Source: a virus (taxonomy: Duplodnaviria; Caudoviricetes). From it: 64,000 nt of DNA. How positions within the stretch are numbered: the stretch's first letter is position 1; each line of letters starts with the position of its first letter. The notes below the pieces were generated by a model. That model ran no database searches and had not been told where the DNA came from. It saw only the letters and a program-made list of their open reading frames with translations. The stretch is from the IMG/VR virus record IMGVR_UViG_3300023070_000002, positions 8,465-72,464 of that record; one strand, written 5' to 3'. A program made the translations under genes and the position numbers. Shown in pieces: positions 1-9,375 of this stretch.

Positions 1-250
1 AGGCCTTGTGTATTGTTCAATGGAACCAAGGCGTACCAATGACAGAAGAACACGAGCAAGGGGCTTGCATTGAATCTGTGCCCGGCCGGTATGCTTTCCC
101 ACTCACCAACCGGCGTTTGCTTAGCTATAATTTTTTGATAAGTCATTATGTGGTAACAAAGAACTTTCAGGGAATATTTGAAGTTCGAATACCTGACTTT
201 GTAACAATAATTTCTCCGCTCACCAACCACAATTAAATAAGTAAACAATC

Positions 251-835
251 GTGGAAAAGAAAATTGAAGTATGGCTGCCAGTTGTAGGATACGAAGGACT
301 GTATGATGTTTCCGACTTAGGAATGATAAGAAGCGTTAGACGAAACAACAAATTATTGAAACGATATATATGCAAAAGCGGCTATTATGAGGTCGGGCTT
401 ACCGTAAATAATAAAGTAAGAACGTTACGGGTTCATAGGTTGGTAGCTAAGGCGCATATAGAAAATCCACACAATTTCCAAGTTGTGAACCACAAAGATG
501 GGAATAAATTAAATTCTGCTAAGAGCAATCTTGAGTGGTGTACCTCTTCATATAACGTAAAACACGCCTACGCCATTGGGCTGTCAAATCCTTTTTGTCC
601 TAAGAGGCTGAAAAGATTGTCAGATGCATCAATCGCGCTATGTAAACCTGTTTTGGTTACAGATGTAATAAACAACACTATTTTTAATTTCCCTTCTATA
701 AAGAAAGCCGCCGAGTTTATCGGCATTTCCCATTCAGGCGTATCTCATGGCATAAAGCATGGTCGTAGGCTTATGAATAACTATACAGCCTCATACGCCA
801 TCGATAAACCCTCTCTCCCAACCACAGTAAAATAA
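251..835 (+). CDS. NUMOD4-HNH-NUMOD1 homing endonuclease
   Basis: N-term EVWLPVVGYEGLYDVSDLG (NUMOD4); VHRLVAKAHI..VNHKDGNKLN..NLEW (HNH); C-term FPSIKKAAEFIG (NUMOD1-like). Confidence 0.85.
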   Translation: MEKKIEVWLPVVGYEGLYDVSDLGMIRSVRRNNKLLKRYICKSGYYEVGLTVNNKVRTLRVHRLVAKAHIENPHNFQVVNHKDGNKLNSAKSNLEWCTSSYNVKHAYAIGLSNPFCPKRLKRLSDASIALCKPVLVTDVINNTIFNFPSIKKAAEFIGISHSGVSHGIKHGRRLMNNYTASYAIDKPSLPTTVK

Positions 836-840
836 ACGTT

Positions 841-1317
841 ATGAAATACTGGAACAAAGTCACTTCATTATTGCCGAAAAGTGCTGGGACTTATGAGACA
901 ATTGACCACGTTGGCGCGCAGGCCGATCGTCACTTTAATGGTTCTTCATTTACAAATCACAATGGTTACCGGGTGGAGTTGTGGCGGGAAAAGTCCGCAT
1001 CTACCATTCAGGCGGAGGATGTGTTATATAAATTCACCCCGATAGAAACATCTAACGGTGGCGACGCATTCCGTTCCGACGATGTTTTAGCCGCCATGCA
1101 ATCCTACCGCCAGCCATTAGAGCAGGAAGTGGAACAATTCAAGGCGTGGAAGGAATCGGCAATGACCGTAATGAACAATATCGATCTCCAGGAGTGCGCT
1201 AAGGTTATTGGTTTGCCTTGGGGGGCAGATATTAGCACGTCTATTTTACCGGCGTTGAAATCGATGAAAGCCGAAGTAGAGAGATTGAAGCAACAGGCGG
1301 AAGGTCTAAAATATTAA
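841..1317 (+). CDS. hypothetical phage protein
   Basis: 158-aa ORF tightly packed in + operon; C-terminal coiled coil. Confidence 0.6.
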   Translation: MKYWNKVTSLLPKSAGTYETIDHVGAQADRHFNGSSFTNHNGYRVELWREKSASTIQAEDVLYKFTPIETSNGGDAFRSDDVLAAMQSYRQPLEQEVEQFKAWKESAMTVMNNIDLQECAKVIGLPWGADISTSILPALKSMKAEVERLKQQAEGLKY

Positions 1318-1371
1318 CCAGATAAACCTATAAGCAATGAAGATTTACGCAAATTTTAAAAGTCATACATC

Positions 1372-1749
1372 ATGAATTACAAAATTAAAACCATAAACCT
1401 AAAGAAGGAGAACGAATGGTTAGATAACGCGCTCGTAGGCAATAAACACCGACCCCTGAAATGGCTGTCTTCGTTTATTTATCTAAATCTTTTTAGATGC
1501 GAGAAAGAAGGTGTTGAATACACATATAAAAACTGGGAGCATGTGTGTAAGGTAAACGCGGGTATTCAGCATAAAAAGATAATGAGAGAAATAAAGGAAG
1601 AATTTGAGGAATTGAATAAAGGTGCAAAATTCTATATTATGAACAGAATTATTAAAGACCACTTTGAGAAAGAGAGATTAATGTCAACAGTGGCCGATAG
1701 AACTTGCGAGATAAACAGATACTTAAAACTATTATATTCTAACCCATGA
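1372..1749 (+). CDS. hypothetical phage protein
   Basis: 125-aa ORF; ATGA overlap with next gene. Confidence 0.6.
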   Translation: MNYKIKTINLKKENEWLDNALVGNKHRPLKWLSSFIYLNLFRCEKEGVEYTYKNWEHVCKVNAGIQHKKIMREIKEEFEELNKGAKFYIMNRIIKDHFEKERLMSTVADRTCEINRYLKLLYSNP

Positions 1750-1982
1750 AGCAAGAAGTATATATCAAAGTGCCGGTAAGTGGGTACGATGCTGGCGACA
1801 ACGAAGTATTACTAATGGACGAAAAAGATCTGTTTGTATTCGTTGATACTGAAGAAGTGTTTTCCCTCAAGCCAGCAACGATGCATTGTTTTACCGACGA
1901 AGAGCTAGCAGAAAGGGACAGAAGGATTGAAAGGAAAGGGTTTATCTCGGGCTACGATCAGGCTAGAATACGATTTAGATAG
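1746..1982 (+). CDS. hypothetical phage protein
   Basis: 78-aa ORF; ATGA overlap. Confidence 0.55.
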   Translation: MKQEVYIKVPVSGYDAGDNEVLLMDEKDLFVFVDTEEVFSLKPATMHCFTDEELAERDRRIERKGFISGYDQARIRFR

Positions 1983-2029
1983 TTCTAAACCAAAATAAAA
2001 CCGACTACATCAACTCAATAAAGTAAAAC

Positions 2030-2248
2030 ATGAAGGATCAATTAAAAAAAGGCGACAGGGTTCGCGTAATGGATAAGGGATTGTTGATGATGCAACAATT
2101 CGCTCCAAAAGGTGCTAAACCAAATAACGAAGGGACTGTGTTTGATATCTGGGAAGATGGAACTATCGAGGTTGAGTTTCCGCTCGAAGGAGAAAATCAT
2201 AGTCAGGTTGCCCCATATTCACCTGATATTGTTTATAAAATTAATTAA
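2030..2248 (+). CDS. small KOW/SH3-like beta-barrel protein
   Basis: LKKGDRVRV...GTV..I..DG.IEVEF pattern; A-rich upstream region. Confidence 0.55.
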   Translation: MKDQLKKGDRVRVMDKGLLMMQQFAPKGAKPNNEGTVFDIWEDGTIEVEFPLEGENHSQVAPYSPDIVYKIN

Positions 2249-2254
2249 TCAACC

Positions 2255-2656
2255 ATGACACTACCACTACAAGTACAGGCGAAGATTGACGAACAATTAA
2301 ATGAAAAGTTTAAAGTCGCAGAGAGTGTTGGATATGGCTTCATCCAAAGTAATCATAAAGCTATTGCTAAAAGAAGGCGCGACTACAAAGAAGGTGCTCA
2401 ATTCGGCTACGCACTAGCGAATGAATGGGTGAGTGTGAAGGAACGGTTGCCTGGCGAACTAGAAACGGTTTGGCTACTAAATATAAAAACCGGCTGGTTA
2501 TGTTTGGGTTGCCGAGTTTATTTCGAGGATAGTTGGCATTGGGCTGAAAGCAATGGAATAATATATTCAGAAAACGGTAAGATCGTGGCGGAGTGTGAAA
2601 GTGAAGACTTAGATGTAACCCATTGGTGTAAACTGCCAACACTCCCCATCTATTGA
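2255..2656 (+). CDS. DUF551-like phage protein
   Basis: EWVSVKERLP...VTHWCKLPTLP motif. Confidence 0.65.
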   Translation: MTLPLQVQAKIDEQLNEKFKVAESVGYGFIQSNHKAIAKRRRDYKEGAQFGYALANEWVSVKERLPGELETVWLLNIKTGWLCLGCRVYFEDSWHWAESNGIIYSENGKIVAECESEDLDVTHWCKLPTLPIY

Positions 2657-2692
2657 TGGTTACATACCATAAAACTGTAAAACCCCTCAACC

Positions 2693-3058
2693 ATGATACC
2701 AATAAACTTACCTAGCGGGAATTACCTGATTGTTCCGGTACTCGATCCTTGTACAGACATTGAGTTGACCCAAATGAAACATGGGTCATTTATAAATTAT
2801 TGTGGCCCCATGACAGAGGGTTATAGCATCGCCCTTCCACCCGGCACCTACGAAATAGTAGGCAAAGGGCTATGCAGTGAGATAACAGATGAGGAGGCGG
2901 TAAAAGTGGTGGAAAGTTATAGCGATCAGGGTTTGTTCTGCCGCGACTACTCTTTAGGTTCTCCTGTCTACGGCCTTTTCGCCATCGAATCTCTCAACAG
3001 TTTAATTCAATCACACAACCAGCAGCCAGACAGGTGCGTGCTGGTAAAACAATTATAA
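2693..3058 (+). CDS. hypothetical phage protein
   Basis: 121-aa ORF in + operon. Confidence 0.6.
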   Translation: MIPINLPSGNYLIVPVLDPCTDIELTQMKHGSFINYCGPMTEGYSIALPPGTYEIVGKGLCSEITDEEAVKVVESYSDQGLFCRDYSLGSPVYGLFAIESLNSLIQSHNQQPDRCVLVKQL

Positions 3059-3061
3059 GTT

Positions 3062-3496
3062 ATGGAACTTAAAAACCAAGTATGTACGCTTGAACAAGGA
3101 AAACGATTGTACGAATTAATTGAGAAGGATACTGAAAGCCTTTTTGTTCATTGGTTGACAATCGAAAATGAGGATTACGTTTGGAAGATCGGGACTCTTA
3201 ATGAAGCGGGAAATGCCACCGAAAGTTATCCCGCTTATACCGTAGCAGAATTAGGCGAAATGCTGCCGGAGTTCTGCCCCTCTTACAAAGGAAGAAATGA
3301 CGAGTATGCGTGCGTTATAATACCGTGGGAAGTTGAATCCGGTGTAATATCTTCTGAAGATTTGGCTAGCGCTGTTGACGCTGGAATGACTCAAATAGGT
3401 CACTATGAAATTGCTCCAACCGAAGCACAAGCCCGCGCCGCGATGCTTATCTATTTGCTTGAACAAAAATTAATCACCCCTAACCAACAAAAGTAA
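3062..3496 (+). CDS. hypothetical phage protein
   Basis: QVCTLEQGKRL..YPAYTVAELGEMLP..TEAQARAAMLIYLLE pattern, recurrent in Bacteroidota phages (from recall). Confidence 0.65.
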   Translation: MELKNQVCTLEQGKRLYELIEKDTESLFVHWLTIENEDYVWKIGTLNEAGNATESYPAYTVAELGEMLPEFCPSYKGRNDEYACVIIPWEVESGVISSEDLASAVDAGMTQIGHYEIAPTEAQARAAMLIYLLEQKLITPNQQK

Positions 3497-3507
3497 AATC
3501 AAACACA

Positions 3508-3978
3508 ATGAGAGAGCTAAGATTTAGGTGCTTTGACACCCTTTCGCCAAAAATGTACACGGGTCATTCGTTGAGTATTGGGTCTAACGGATCCTTCGCG
3601 TATCTCGAAGATGATGGTAACTGGAAAGAGTACCACGATGACAATATAATTAAAGTAATGCAATTCACCGGCCTGAAGGATAAGAATGGCACGGGAATTT
3701 ACGAAAGCGACATTCTTAAAGGGTTTCGTAAGGAACAAAAAGATAAAGATGGTACAAGTGGTTATTGGATTCAGGATAGTGTTATTTGGAGAAACGGAGG
3801 CTTCAAATTATTTGGACGAAACCTAACTGACTGTTATACTAAAGATAATAATCACATTTGGCAGTTTATGTGGCATGAACAAGGTGGGCTTATTAACAAA
3901 ACTGGTTGGTATTACCAAATTGATGAAATAGAAGTCATTGGCAACATCTACGAAAACCCGGAATTGCTGACTAAATAA
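3508..3978 (+). CDS. yopX: YopX family protein
   Basis: MRELRFR..VMQFTGLKDKNGTGIYESDIL..IEVIGNIYENPELL. Confidence 0.85.
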   Translation: MRELRFRCFDTLSPKMYTGHSLSIGSNGSFAYLEDDGNWKEYHDDNIIKVMQFTGLKDKNGTGIYESDILKGFRKEQKDKDGTSGYWIQDSVIWRNGGFKLFGRNLTDCYTKDNNHIWQFMWHEQGGLINKTGWYYQIDEIEVIGNIYENPELLTK

Positions 3979-3990
3979 ACTACAAACACA

Positions 3991-4209
3991 ATGAATAAAA
4001 TTACAGGTAATGAACCAGCGATGCCTATAACGGCTGAACCTATTGCAAACGACGGTTACGGCCTTTCTATCCGGGAAGAGTTTGCATCCAGAGCTATGCA
4101 GGGACTATGCGCTAACTCTAATCCGGGCGTACACCACATGCCTGCGAACCTCGCAAAGGAAGCAGTTGAATACGCTGACGCCCTTATAAAAGCCCTTAAC
4201 GGGGAGTAA
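3991..4209 (+). CDS. hypothetical phage protein
   Basis: GLSIREEFASRAMQG..AVEYADALIKAL, a common small phage family. Confidence 0.65.
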   Translation: MNKITGNEPAMPITAEPIANDGYGLSIREEFASRAMQGLCANSNPGVHHMPANLAKEAVEYADALIKALNGE

Positions 4210-4220
4210 AAGATATATAT

Positions 4221-4571
4221 ATGATAGTAAGTAATGAACTACGGATAGGGAATTGGGTTTCGTTCAAAGGGCTTTGGAGTGGCCAAATAGCCTCTGTTAG
4301 CAAGTCTGGGCTAATAACCATTATAGGAAACGATGGTTGTTTTGATGAGGAAGAACTTCAGCCAATAGAAATAACCGAACATTTGTTAAGGCATATTGGC
4401 GCGACTGACTTTGTTGACAGCGATTTGCTTTTAGATCATAGAGTACTTTGCTTCGCGGAATGTAGGGGTGTTTTTTATGACAAAACAACGCTGGTAGACA
4501 TCCCATCCCTGCACCAGCTCCAAAACCTATACTTCGCCCTTACTGGTAAAGAACTAGAGGTGAAGTTGTAG
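4221..4571 (+). CDS. hypothetical phage protein
   Basis: ELRIGNWV..LQPIEITE..LHQLQNLYFALTGKEL pattern. Confidence 0.65.
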   Translation: MIVSNELRIGNWVSFKGLWSGQIASVSKSGLITIIGNDGCFDEEELQPIEITEHLLRHIGATDFVDSDLLLDHRVLCFAECRGVFYDKTTLVDIPSLHQLQNLYFALTGKELEVKL

Positions 4572-4641
4572 CAACTACGGTTACCCGTAAAATAAAAACC
4601 AGTGATAGTTTATACATTACAGTCCTAAAACATTTTAAACT

Positions 4642-4917
4642 ATGGTATTAAAAACAACCTTCCCGAACGGGAAGCACGTAACTGAAGGTTACACTGAATT
4701 AGGCGCTGACTTTTCAATAATAACTAAAGAAACCGCCGAGCCTTCAGAATGGGAAAGGGCGGTATTCGTAGAGTTTGGGGACAGCCCTTTATCAGCGGAT
4801 TGCTATGCTATTATCTTTTATAAAAACGGTAAATATAGTACCCCGCTATACAAAGGACAAAGAAATGAACTTATAAGCGACACTGGATTTTTGTTTAAAG
4901 ATCTTACGGATCGTTAA
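4642..4917 (+). CDS. hypothetical phage protein
   Basis: 91-aa ORF with A-rich upstream region. Confidence 0.6.
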   Translation: MVLKTTFPNGKHVTEGYTELGADFSIITKETAEPSEWERAVFVEFGDSPLSADCYAIIFYKNGKYSTPLYKGQRNELISDTGFLFKDLTDR

Positions 4918-4958
4918 CTATTTAAAACCGGGGACGGGGTTACCGAACACCAAAAACA

Positions 4959-5450
4959 ATGAGAAAGTTCACACTAATTGCAGTGCTCTTTTGTGCAGCA
5001 CTCACAACAACCAACGCGCAGTCCATTTCCTACATTTCTAAAATGAACAACTACGTCAATCAGGCGCAAACGTTCACCCAATGGTATGCAACGCATGACG
5101 CAACTCCAAGTCAGGCTATGGCTTCTACAGAATTTAACGATATGCTGAATGCAGCAAAGGCGTTTACACAAGCGGAGCACGATGCGAATTTTCAGATTCT
5201 CATGGGCAATATTACTGAACTGGAAAAAATGGGTCATCCCGGGAACCCCGTGCAAGTAGCCCAATGTTTAATGACCGGCGTTGCAACGTTTGTGCAATGC
5301 AACCAACAGGCATTGAATTATCCAAATCCTCATGGCGCACTTTGGTTATGTGGGCGTGATTTAGCGAGCTGGAACCTGGCCTGTACCGGTCAGGGATCTT
5401 TCCCGCCGCCTACTGGTGACGAAACAAGCAATTTTCCTCCCGGGCGTTAA
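4959..5450 (+). CDS. secreted helical protein with four Cys in the mature part
   Basis: Signal peptide MRKFTLIAVLFCAALTTTNA|Q; Pro-rich tail. Confidence 0.7.
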   Translation: MRKFTLIAVLFCAALTTTNAQSISYISKMNNYVNQAQTFTQWYATHDATPSQAMASTEFNDMLNAAKAFTQAEHDANFQILMGNITELEKMGHPGNPVQVAQCLMTGVATFVQCNQQALNYPNPHGALWLCGRDLASWNLACTGQGSFPPPTGDETSNFPPGR

Positions 5451-5470
5451 CGAATCAAAAATAATCCACA

Positions 5471-5496
5471 CCCCGCTTGCAGGAATGTAGGCGGGG
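5471..5496 (+). terminator. hairpin, probable terminator
   Basis: CCCCGC(T)..GCGGGG inverted repeat 20 nt after the stop of 4959..5450; weak U-tract. Confidence 0.45.
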
Positions 5497-5507
5497 ATTT
5501 AAAACAC

Positions 5508-5726
5508 TTGAAAGTGATTAATAAGATTTTAAATTATTGCGCCCTTGTTTTGTTTTTAACAAATTGCAATCATTCGCCAAAGAATAAAATGTATAGCCAA
5601 GAATACGTTGATTCGGTTTCCAATACTTGCGCAGTAAGGTATTATAAGCAGGGTTTTTTAGAAGCGTGGAATATATGTCGCCCACTTATTGATAGTATTC
5701 AAAAAATGTCTGCTAAATATAAATAA
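5508..5726 (+). CDS. small putative lipoprotein
   Basis: TTG start; hydrophobic stretch ending LFLTNC; DSV and DSI sequons. Confidence 0.5.
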   Translation: MKVINKILNYCALVLFLTNCNHSPKNKMYSQEYVDSVSNTCAVRYYKQGFLEAWNICRPLIDSIQKMSAKYK

Positions 5727-5736
5727 AGTTGATTTG

Positions 5737-6462
5737 CTACCCCAATACTTGATTGATCTTATTGTAGTATTTCAGGCGTACGTCGTAGCCGATAGCTGTA
5801 CGCTCTTTACTGCCTGTATTGATGACAGAGCACACCTGTTTAAAGGTGCCTGTTTTGGACAGTGAGATTAGGTTTCGGTATACGGCAAAGAACCAGCAAG
5901 CAGAATCGAGCGCGCCTGTATCGGTATCTTGCGCAAACTCTGCCGCCTCTTCCGGTGTCATACCTTTATATTTTCCATAGTCGGCATAAGTAGCACGTCC
6001 TGTTAGTCCTATGAACCCACCGCCTTTAAACGTCCACCCATCCCTTGTACCGGGAATATTTCCCATTCTTGACCCGTAGCAATCTATGGCAATCTCAACG
6101 GGCTTTCGGTGGAAGTACTTCGCCCGGTCGTTGGGGATATAAGGCGGCTTCGAAGTGGATGAATAACGGCCGGGGAAAGTATTCGCGAGCCCCTGCGCGC
6201 TGTAATTCATATTTTCTTCTTTGTGCGCAAATTCTCCACTCTCCTGAAGCAGGTTCGCCAAGAACATTCGAAAAGGCAATTTCTCTGTTATCCCATAGTG
6301 GGTACATAGTTCGTTGATTAAATCCGCTAGTTCCTTGCAACGTTCTTTACTTAACGTTGAGGTCACTGCGTCCAATTGTTCCCGGGTAATGAACATAGTC
6401 TTAGGCATTTTATCTATAGCAAAGGATGATATTAGGCGGGCGAACCAGCCGGGCATCTGCAT
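5737..6462 (-). CDS. glycoside hydrolase family 19 endolysin
   Basis: FLANLLQESGEF..EENMNYS..DGWTFKGGGFIGLTGRATY; first gene convergent with the early operon. Confidence 0.88.
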   Translation of the reverse strand: MQMPGWFARLISSFAIDKMPKTMFITREQLDAVTSTLSKERCKELADLINELCTHYGITEKLPFRMFLANLLQESGEFAHKEENMNYSAQGLANTFPGRYSSTSKPPYIPNDRAKYFHRKPVEIAIDCYGSRMGNIPGTRDGWTFKGGGFIGLTGRATYADYGKYKGMTPEEAAEFAQDTDTGALDSACWFFAVYRNLISLSKTGTFKQVCSVINTGSKERTAIGYDVRLKYYNKINQVLG

Positions 6463-6965
6463 TACACTGTCCTCCTTTTAACCGTCCACACAACCCCGCC
6501 GCCAAGTACAGCGGCCAGCCCGATGATGATCCAGAAGCGTATAATGGCTATCCTTCGCCATTTATCGTACTCCTTGGTCTTGGCTTCAAGTAAGGTGATT
6601 GCGCGCCGGGAATCGCCGCGGGCTAGCTCCAGGGCGGCTGTATTTTCAATCTCGATAGTATCGTGGATGGTAATACGCTCCACGGTTCGGATGCCTGGAA
6701 GTTGCACGGTCTTGTATATGCGTACCGTATCGTGGCTGTAAAGGGTATCGTAGAAGGTTGTCCCCTCTGTGTAAAAAGTATCGCGCCTGGTAATAGTATC
6801 GCGCCGGACCGTCCCAACCTTCGGAGGGTAAGTAATAGCGCAATACTCCTGCCCTACCTGCGGGAAGGTCGTAACGGCTTTCCCCAGTGCTATCTTAGCC
6901 TTTCGTTCAGAGTAGCAGGAGACGAAAAGAATGCACAGTATAGTGGCGGCAAGGGTCGTCCTCAT
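6462..6965 (-). CDS. probable unimolecular spanin
   Basis: Lipoprotein signal (ILFVSC) plus C-terminal TM helix (FWIIIGLAAVLGGGVVW); adjacent to endolysin. Confidence 0.7.
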   Translation of the reverse strand: MRTTLAATILCILFVSCYSERKAKIALGKAVTTFPQVGQEYCAITYPPKVGTVRRDTITRRDTFYTEGTTFYDTLYSHDTVRIYKTVQLPGIRTVERITIHDTIEIENTAALELARGDSRRAITLLEAKTKEYDKWRRIAIIRFWIIIGLAAVLGGGVVWTVKRRTV

Positions 6966-7258
6966 TTCTCCACTACTTTAACCGTTGAATCGCCGTCTTT
7001 CACCGCTTCTACCGTAGCCTCCGGTGCATTCTTGATCGTTATCTCTGCAGGAGTACCAAAGTTCTTTATAAGATAAGCAATACCACCGGCGAGGGCGGAT
7101 ATGACAATCAGTTTAACGTTGAATGTCAGCGAGCCCTGGTTAAGCGAGTCCATTACTATTGCAAGCACCGGCGTAATGACGGCCATCAGCAACCCGCGCG
7201 TGAAGTCGTTAAGGTTCAGGGAAAATTTTTTCGAGGTCGTAACCGTTTGTTGTGGCAT
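6962..7258 (-). CDS. putative holin
   Basis: 98 aa, two TM segments, charged C-terminus, in lysis cassette. Confidence 0.65.
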   Translation of the reverse strand: MPQQTVTTSKKFSLNLNDFTRGLLMAVITPVLAIVMDSLNQGSLTFNVKLIVISALAGGIAYLIKNFGTPAEITIKNAPEATVEAVKDGDSTVKVVEK

Positions 7259-7333
7259 ATAGATTATATTAGTTGAGACAATAGTATCAAGATAGCCATA
7301 ATTACCAGCATGGCAAAAAAGGCTTTAACGCCT

Positions 7334-7657
7334 TCATTTAATTTTTGCCAGTCGTTCCTTATATTCAAGTTCTTTCATTTTAATATCAATCTCTTCCTGG
7401 CGCTCTATTCGGAACTGCTTTTTGAAGTAGAAATAAACCCTTCCCGCTCCATAAACGGTACCCATTATAAAAGCGATCGCTATTTTAACATCGTTAATAT
7501 CACTCACAATTCCCGCCAGTATGCCGGTTATGCCAAGCAGATCAGCAACACCAATAATAAATTTTATATGCAACATTCTGACAGTCTTTAATAATGCGAT
7601 CGAAGGCAACACATACATAGCAATATGTTTTAGGGTATATGTTTTTCTATTTTCCAT
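7334..7657 (-). CDS. membrane protein (holin/antiholin-like)
   Basis: Hydrophobic segments followed by highly charged C-terminal coiled coil. Confidence 0.55.
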   Translation of the reverse strand: MENRKTYTLKHIAMYVLPSIALLKTVRMLHIKFIIGVADLLGITGILAGIVSDINDVKIAIAFIMGTVYGAGRVYFYFKKQFRIERQEEIDIKMKELEYKERLAKIK

Positions 7658-7986
7658 AGCGCATAGAATGATATAGTTCCTACTGACGCTGTAAGCAATA
7701 GAAATGCCACCATTACAGGTAATTCATCATTTATTGCAAACCCTGTATAGTGGTAAACTACCTCCCATATTGCCATCGCTATGGAGTAATAAAGAACTGG
7801 CTCAACAATTTTCCGACGTTCTTTATCGAGCATTGAGTAAAGAGATGCCCACGCAAACACCCCACCGTGAGCAATTACCTGCCACAAATAGTAGGCATTA
7901 CACCAATAAGACGTATTAAAATCCGCAAAGCAATGAAAGCAACCGTTGCCGATCAGGTAAAATAGTATAAAGGCTATTATAATCAT
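7630..7986 (-). CDS. polytopic membrane protein
   Basis: 118 aa with about 4 hydrophobic segments. Confidence 0.55.
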   Translation of the reverse strand: MIIIAFILFYLIGNGCFHCFADFNTSYWCNAYYLWQVIAHGGVFAWASLYSMLDKERRKIVEPVLYYSIAMAIWEVVYHYTGFAINDELPVMVAFLLLTASVGTISFYALWKIEKHIP

Positions 7987-8162
7987 GACCCGCTTGGTCT
8001 TGTTGGGTGAATCCCACCGCGCATAGCTTCATCTTCATCGGTATCGGAAACTACCCTTTCTTTTAGTTCATTAACAATTTCTTCAGCCGTAAACGGGTTT
8101 GCATAGTTTCCGTATTGTTCAATTAAGAACTTTGTGTCGTAAGTGTCAATAGTCTCTGGCAT
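7983..8162 (-). CDS. 59-aa acidic protein (not in ORF track)
   Basis: Manual translation MPETIDTYDTKFLIEQYGNYANPFTAEEIVNELKERVVSDTDEDEAMRGGIHPTRPSGS; ATGA overlap with 7630..7986. Confidence 0.6.
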   Translation of the reverse strand: MPETIDTYDTKFLIEQYGNYANPFTAEEIVNELKERVVSDTDEDEAMRGGIHPTRPSGS

Positions 8163-8182
8163 GGTATTTTGTTTTTAATAAT

Positions 8183-8518
8183 TTATTTTATAGTTTGAAT
8201 ATACGATATAATATCTTTTAATATCAGCAATATAACCGCTGCCGCAATTCCTGCTATCCACTTACGGTCTGCATCCCTTCTTAATTCTTTTTGCTTCAGC
8301 CTGTCCAACTGGAACATTACGCCGGTGTCCTGATTATAAAGCAAGTCATGCAGTTTGTCATATTCTGTATGAAGCCTTGCGTTTGCCCTTGATACTGTTC
8401 CTTTTTCGCTCTCCTGATCGGCCGCTATACGAAGCATTTGCAACCTGATATTTTCCAATTGCCCCGACATTTCAGTTTGCTTTATCGACAGTTCCTGTAT
8501 CTTATCGGCATCATTCAC
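8183..8518 (-). CDS. coiled-coil protein with C-terminal TM helix
   Basis: Heptad-rich body plus WIAGIAAAVILLIL; topology of XhlA-like/holin-associated proteins. Confidence 0.55.
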   Translation of the reverse strand: MNDADKIQELSIKQTEMSGQLENIRLQMLRIAADQESEKGTVSRANARLHTEYDKLHDLLYNQDTGVMFQLDRLKQKELRRDADRKWIAGIAAAVILLILKDIISYIQTIK

Positions 8519-8649
8519 TTCACATTTTTAGTCGTATCAATATATTTTAAAACTGTTACAAAGGGACAAGTGCTGCAAACACGTCGTGCGTATGCTGGCA
8601 AAATGCGCTGATCGGAAATAACAATAAAACGGTTATGTTTCTCATATTT

Positions 8650-9375
8650 TCACAATGAAGTTATTAAAAAGTTCGCTATAACTGAATCTCCCACCGCGTT
8701 CGGATGGAGTCCGTCAACGTCGAAGTATGTCGCATCCAGCCCGTTCATTGCTGCGTATACATTTCTGTACAAACAACCGTTTTCACTTGCAACATCCTCG
8801 GTTACTTTTACATAAGATAATGCCCGGGCTGCGTCTGCTGCAACAGAAGTTCCGCAGGCGCCAACATAAGCGTTCCATGAATATGGCTGATAAGGGGCAA
8901 GAAGAATAACCCGGCTGGGCGGCCACCCATAAGTTGATATTGCACTTGTTACGGCCGTCGTATAGGCTGTTTTAAATTCTGCTGGTGTTGATCCTGCACC
9001 CCCGGAGTTCCATCCTATATCATTTTCGCCTAAAGAAATAAATAGTGCCGAGTGTGTTGACGGATTGTAGGCTGGAATCGTAGCCGGATTAAAGACAACA
9101 ATCCCGCAGGAATTACTCATAGTTTGCCCGTCAATGCCCATATTGAGTTCTGTGGCGTATTTTGCGTGGCAAAATACACTAGTCCATTTCTGGTTACCAA
9201 GGTTAACAGGCAGCACTCCCCGGGTAATAGAATTGCCAATAAATACACAGGTTTTATCACAGAAATTAATCCCCGAAGCTCCAATACACGGGCTCCCAAC
9301 CGTTCCAATTACTATGTTTTGGCTTTTTGCTGAAAAAGAGATTATAAAAATAAGTATGGCGAGTAGGTATCTCAT
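8650..9375 (-). CDS. secreted SGNH/GDSL-family esterase
   Basis: VFIGNSIT, LGENDI and DGLHPN blocks; start reassigned to MRYLLAIL (ATGA overlap); signal peptide ..SAKS|Q. Confidence 0.8.
   Translation of the reverse strand: MRYLLAILIFIISFSAKSQNIVIGTVGSPCIGASGINFCDKTCVFIGNSITRGVLPVNLGNQKWTSVFCHAKYATELNMGIDGQTMSNSCGIVVFNPATIPAYNPSTHSALFISLGENDIGWNSGGAGSTPAEFKTAYTTAVTSAISTYGWPPSRVILLAPYQPYSWNAYVGACGTSVAADAARALSYVKVTEDVASENGCLYRNVYAAMNGLDATYFDVDGLHPNAVGDSVIANFLITSL

Noticed and set aside
6-236. ORF at the window edge
   Set aside because: No recognisable motif and start uncertain; may be the end of an upstream gene
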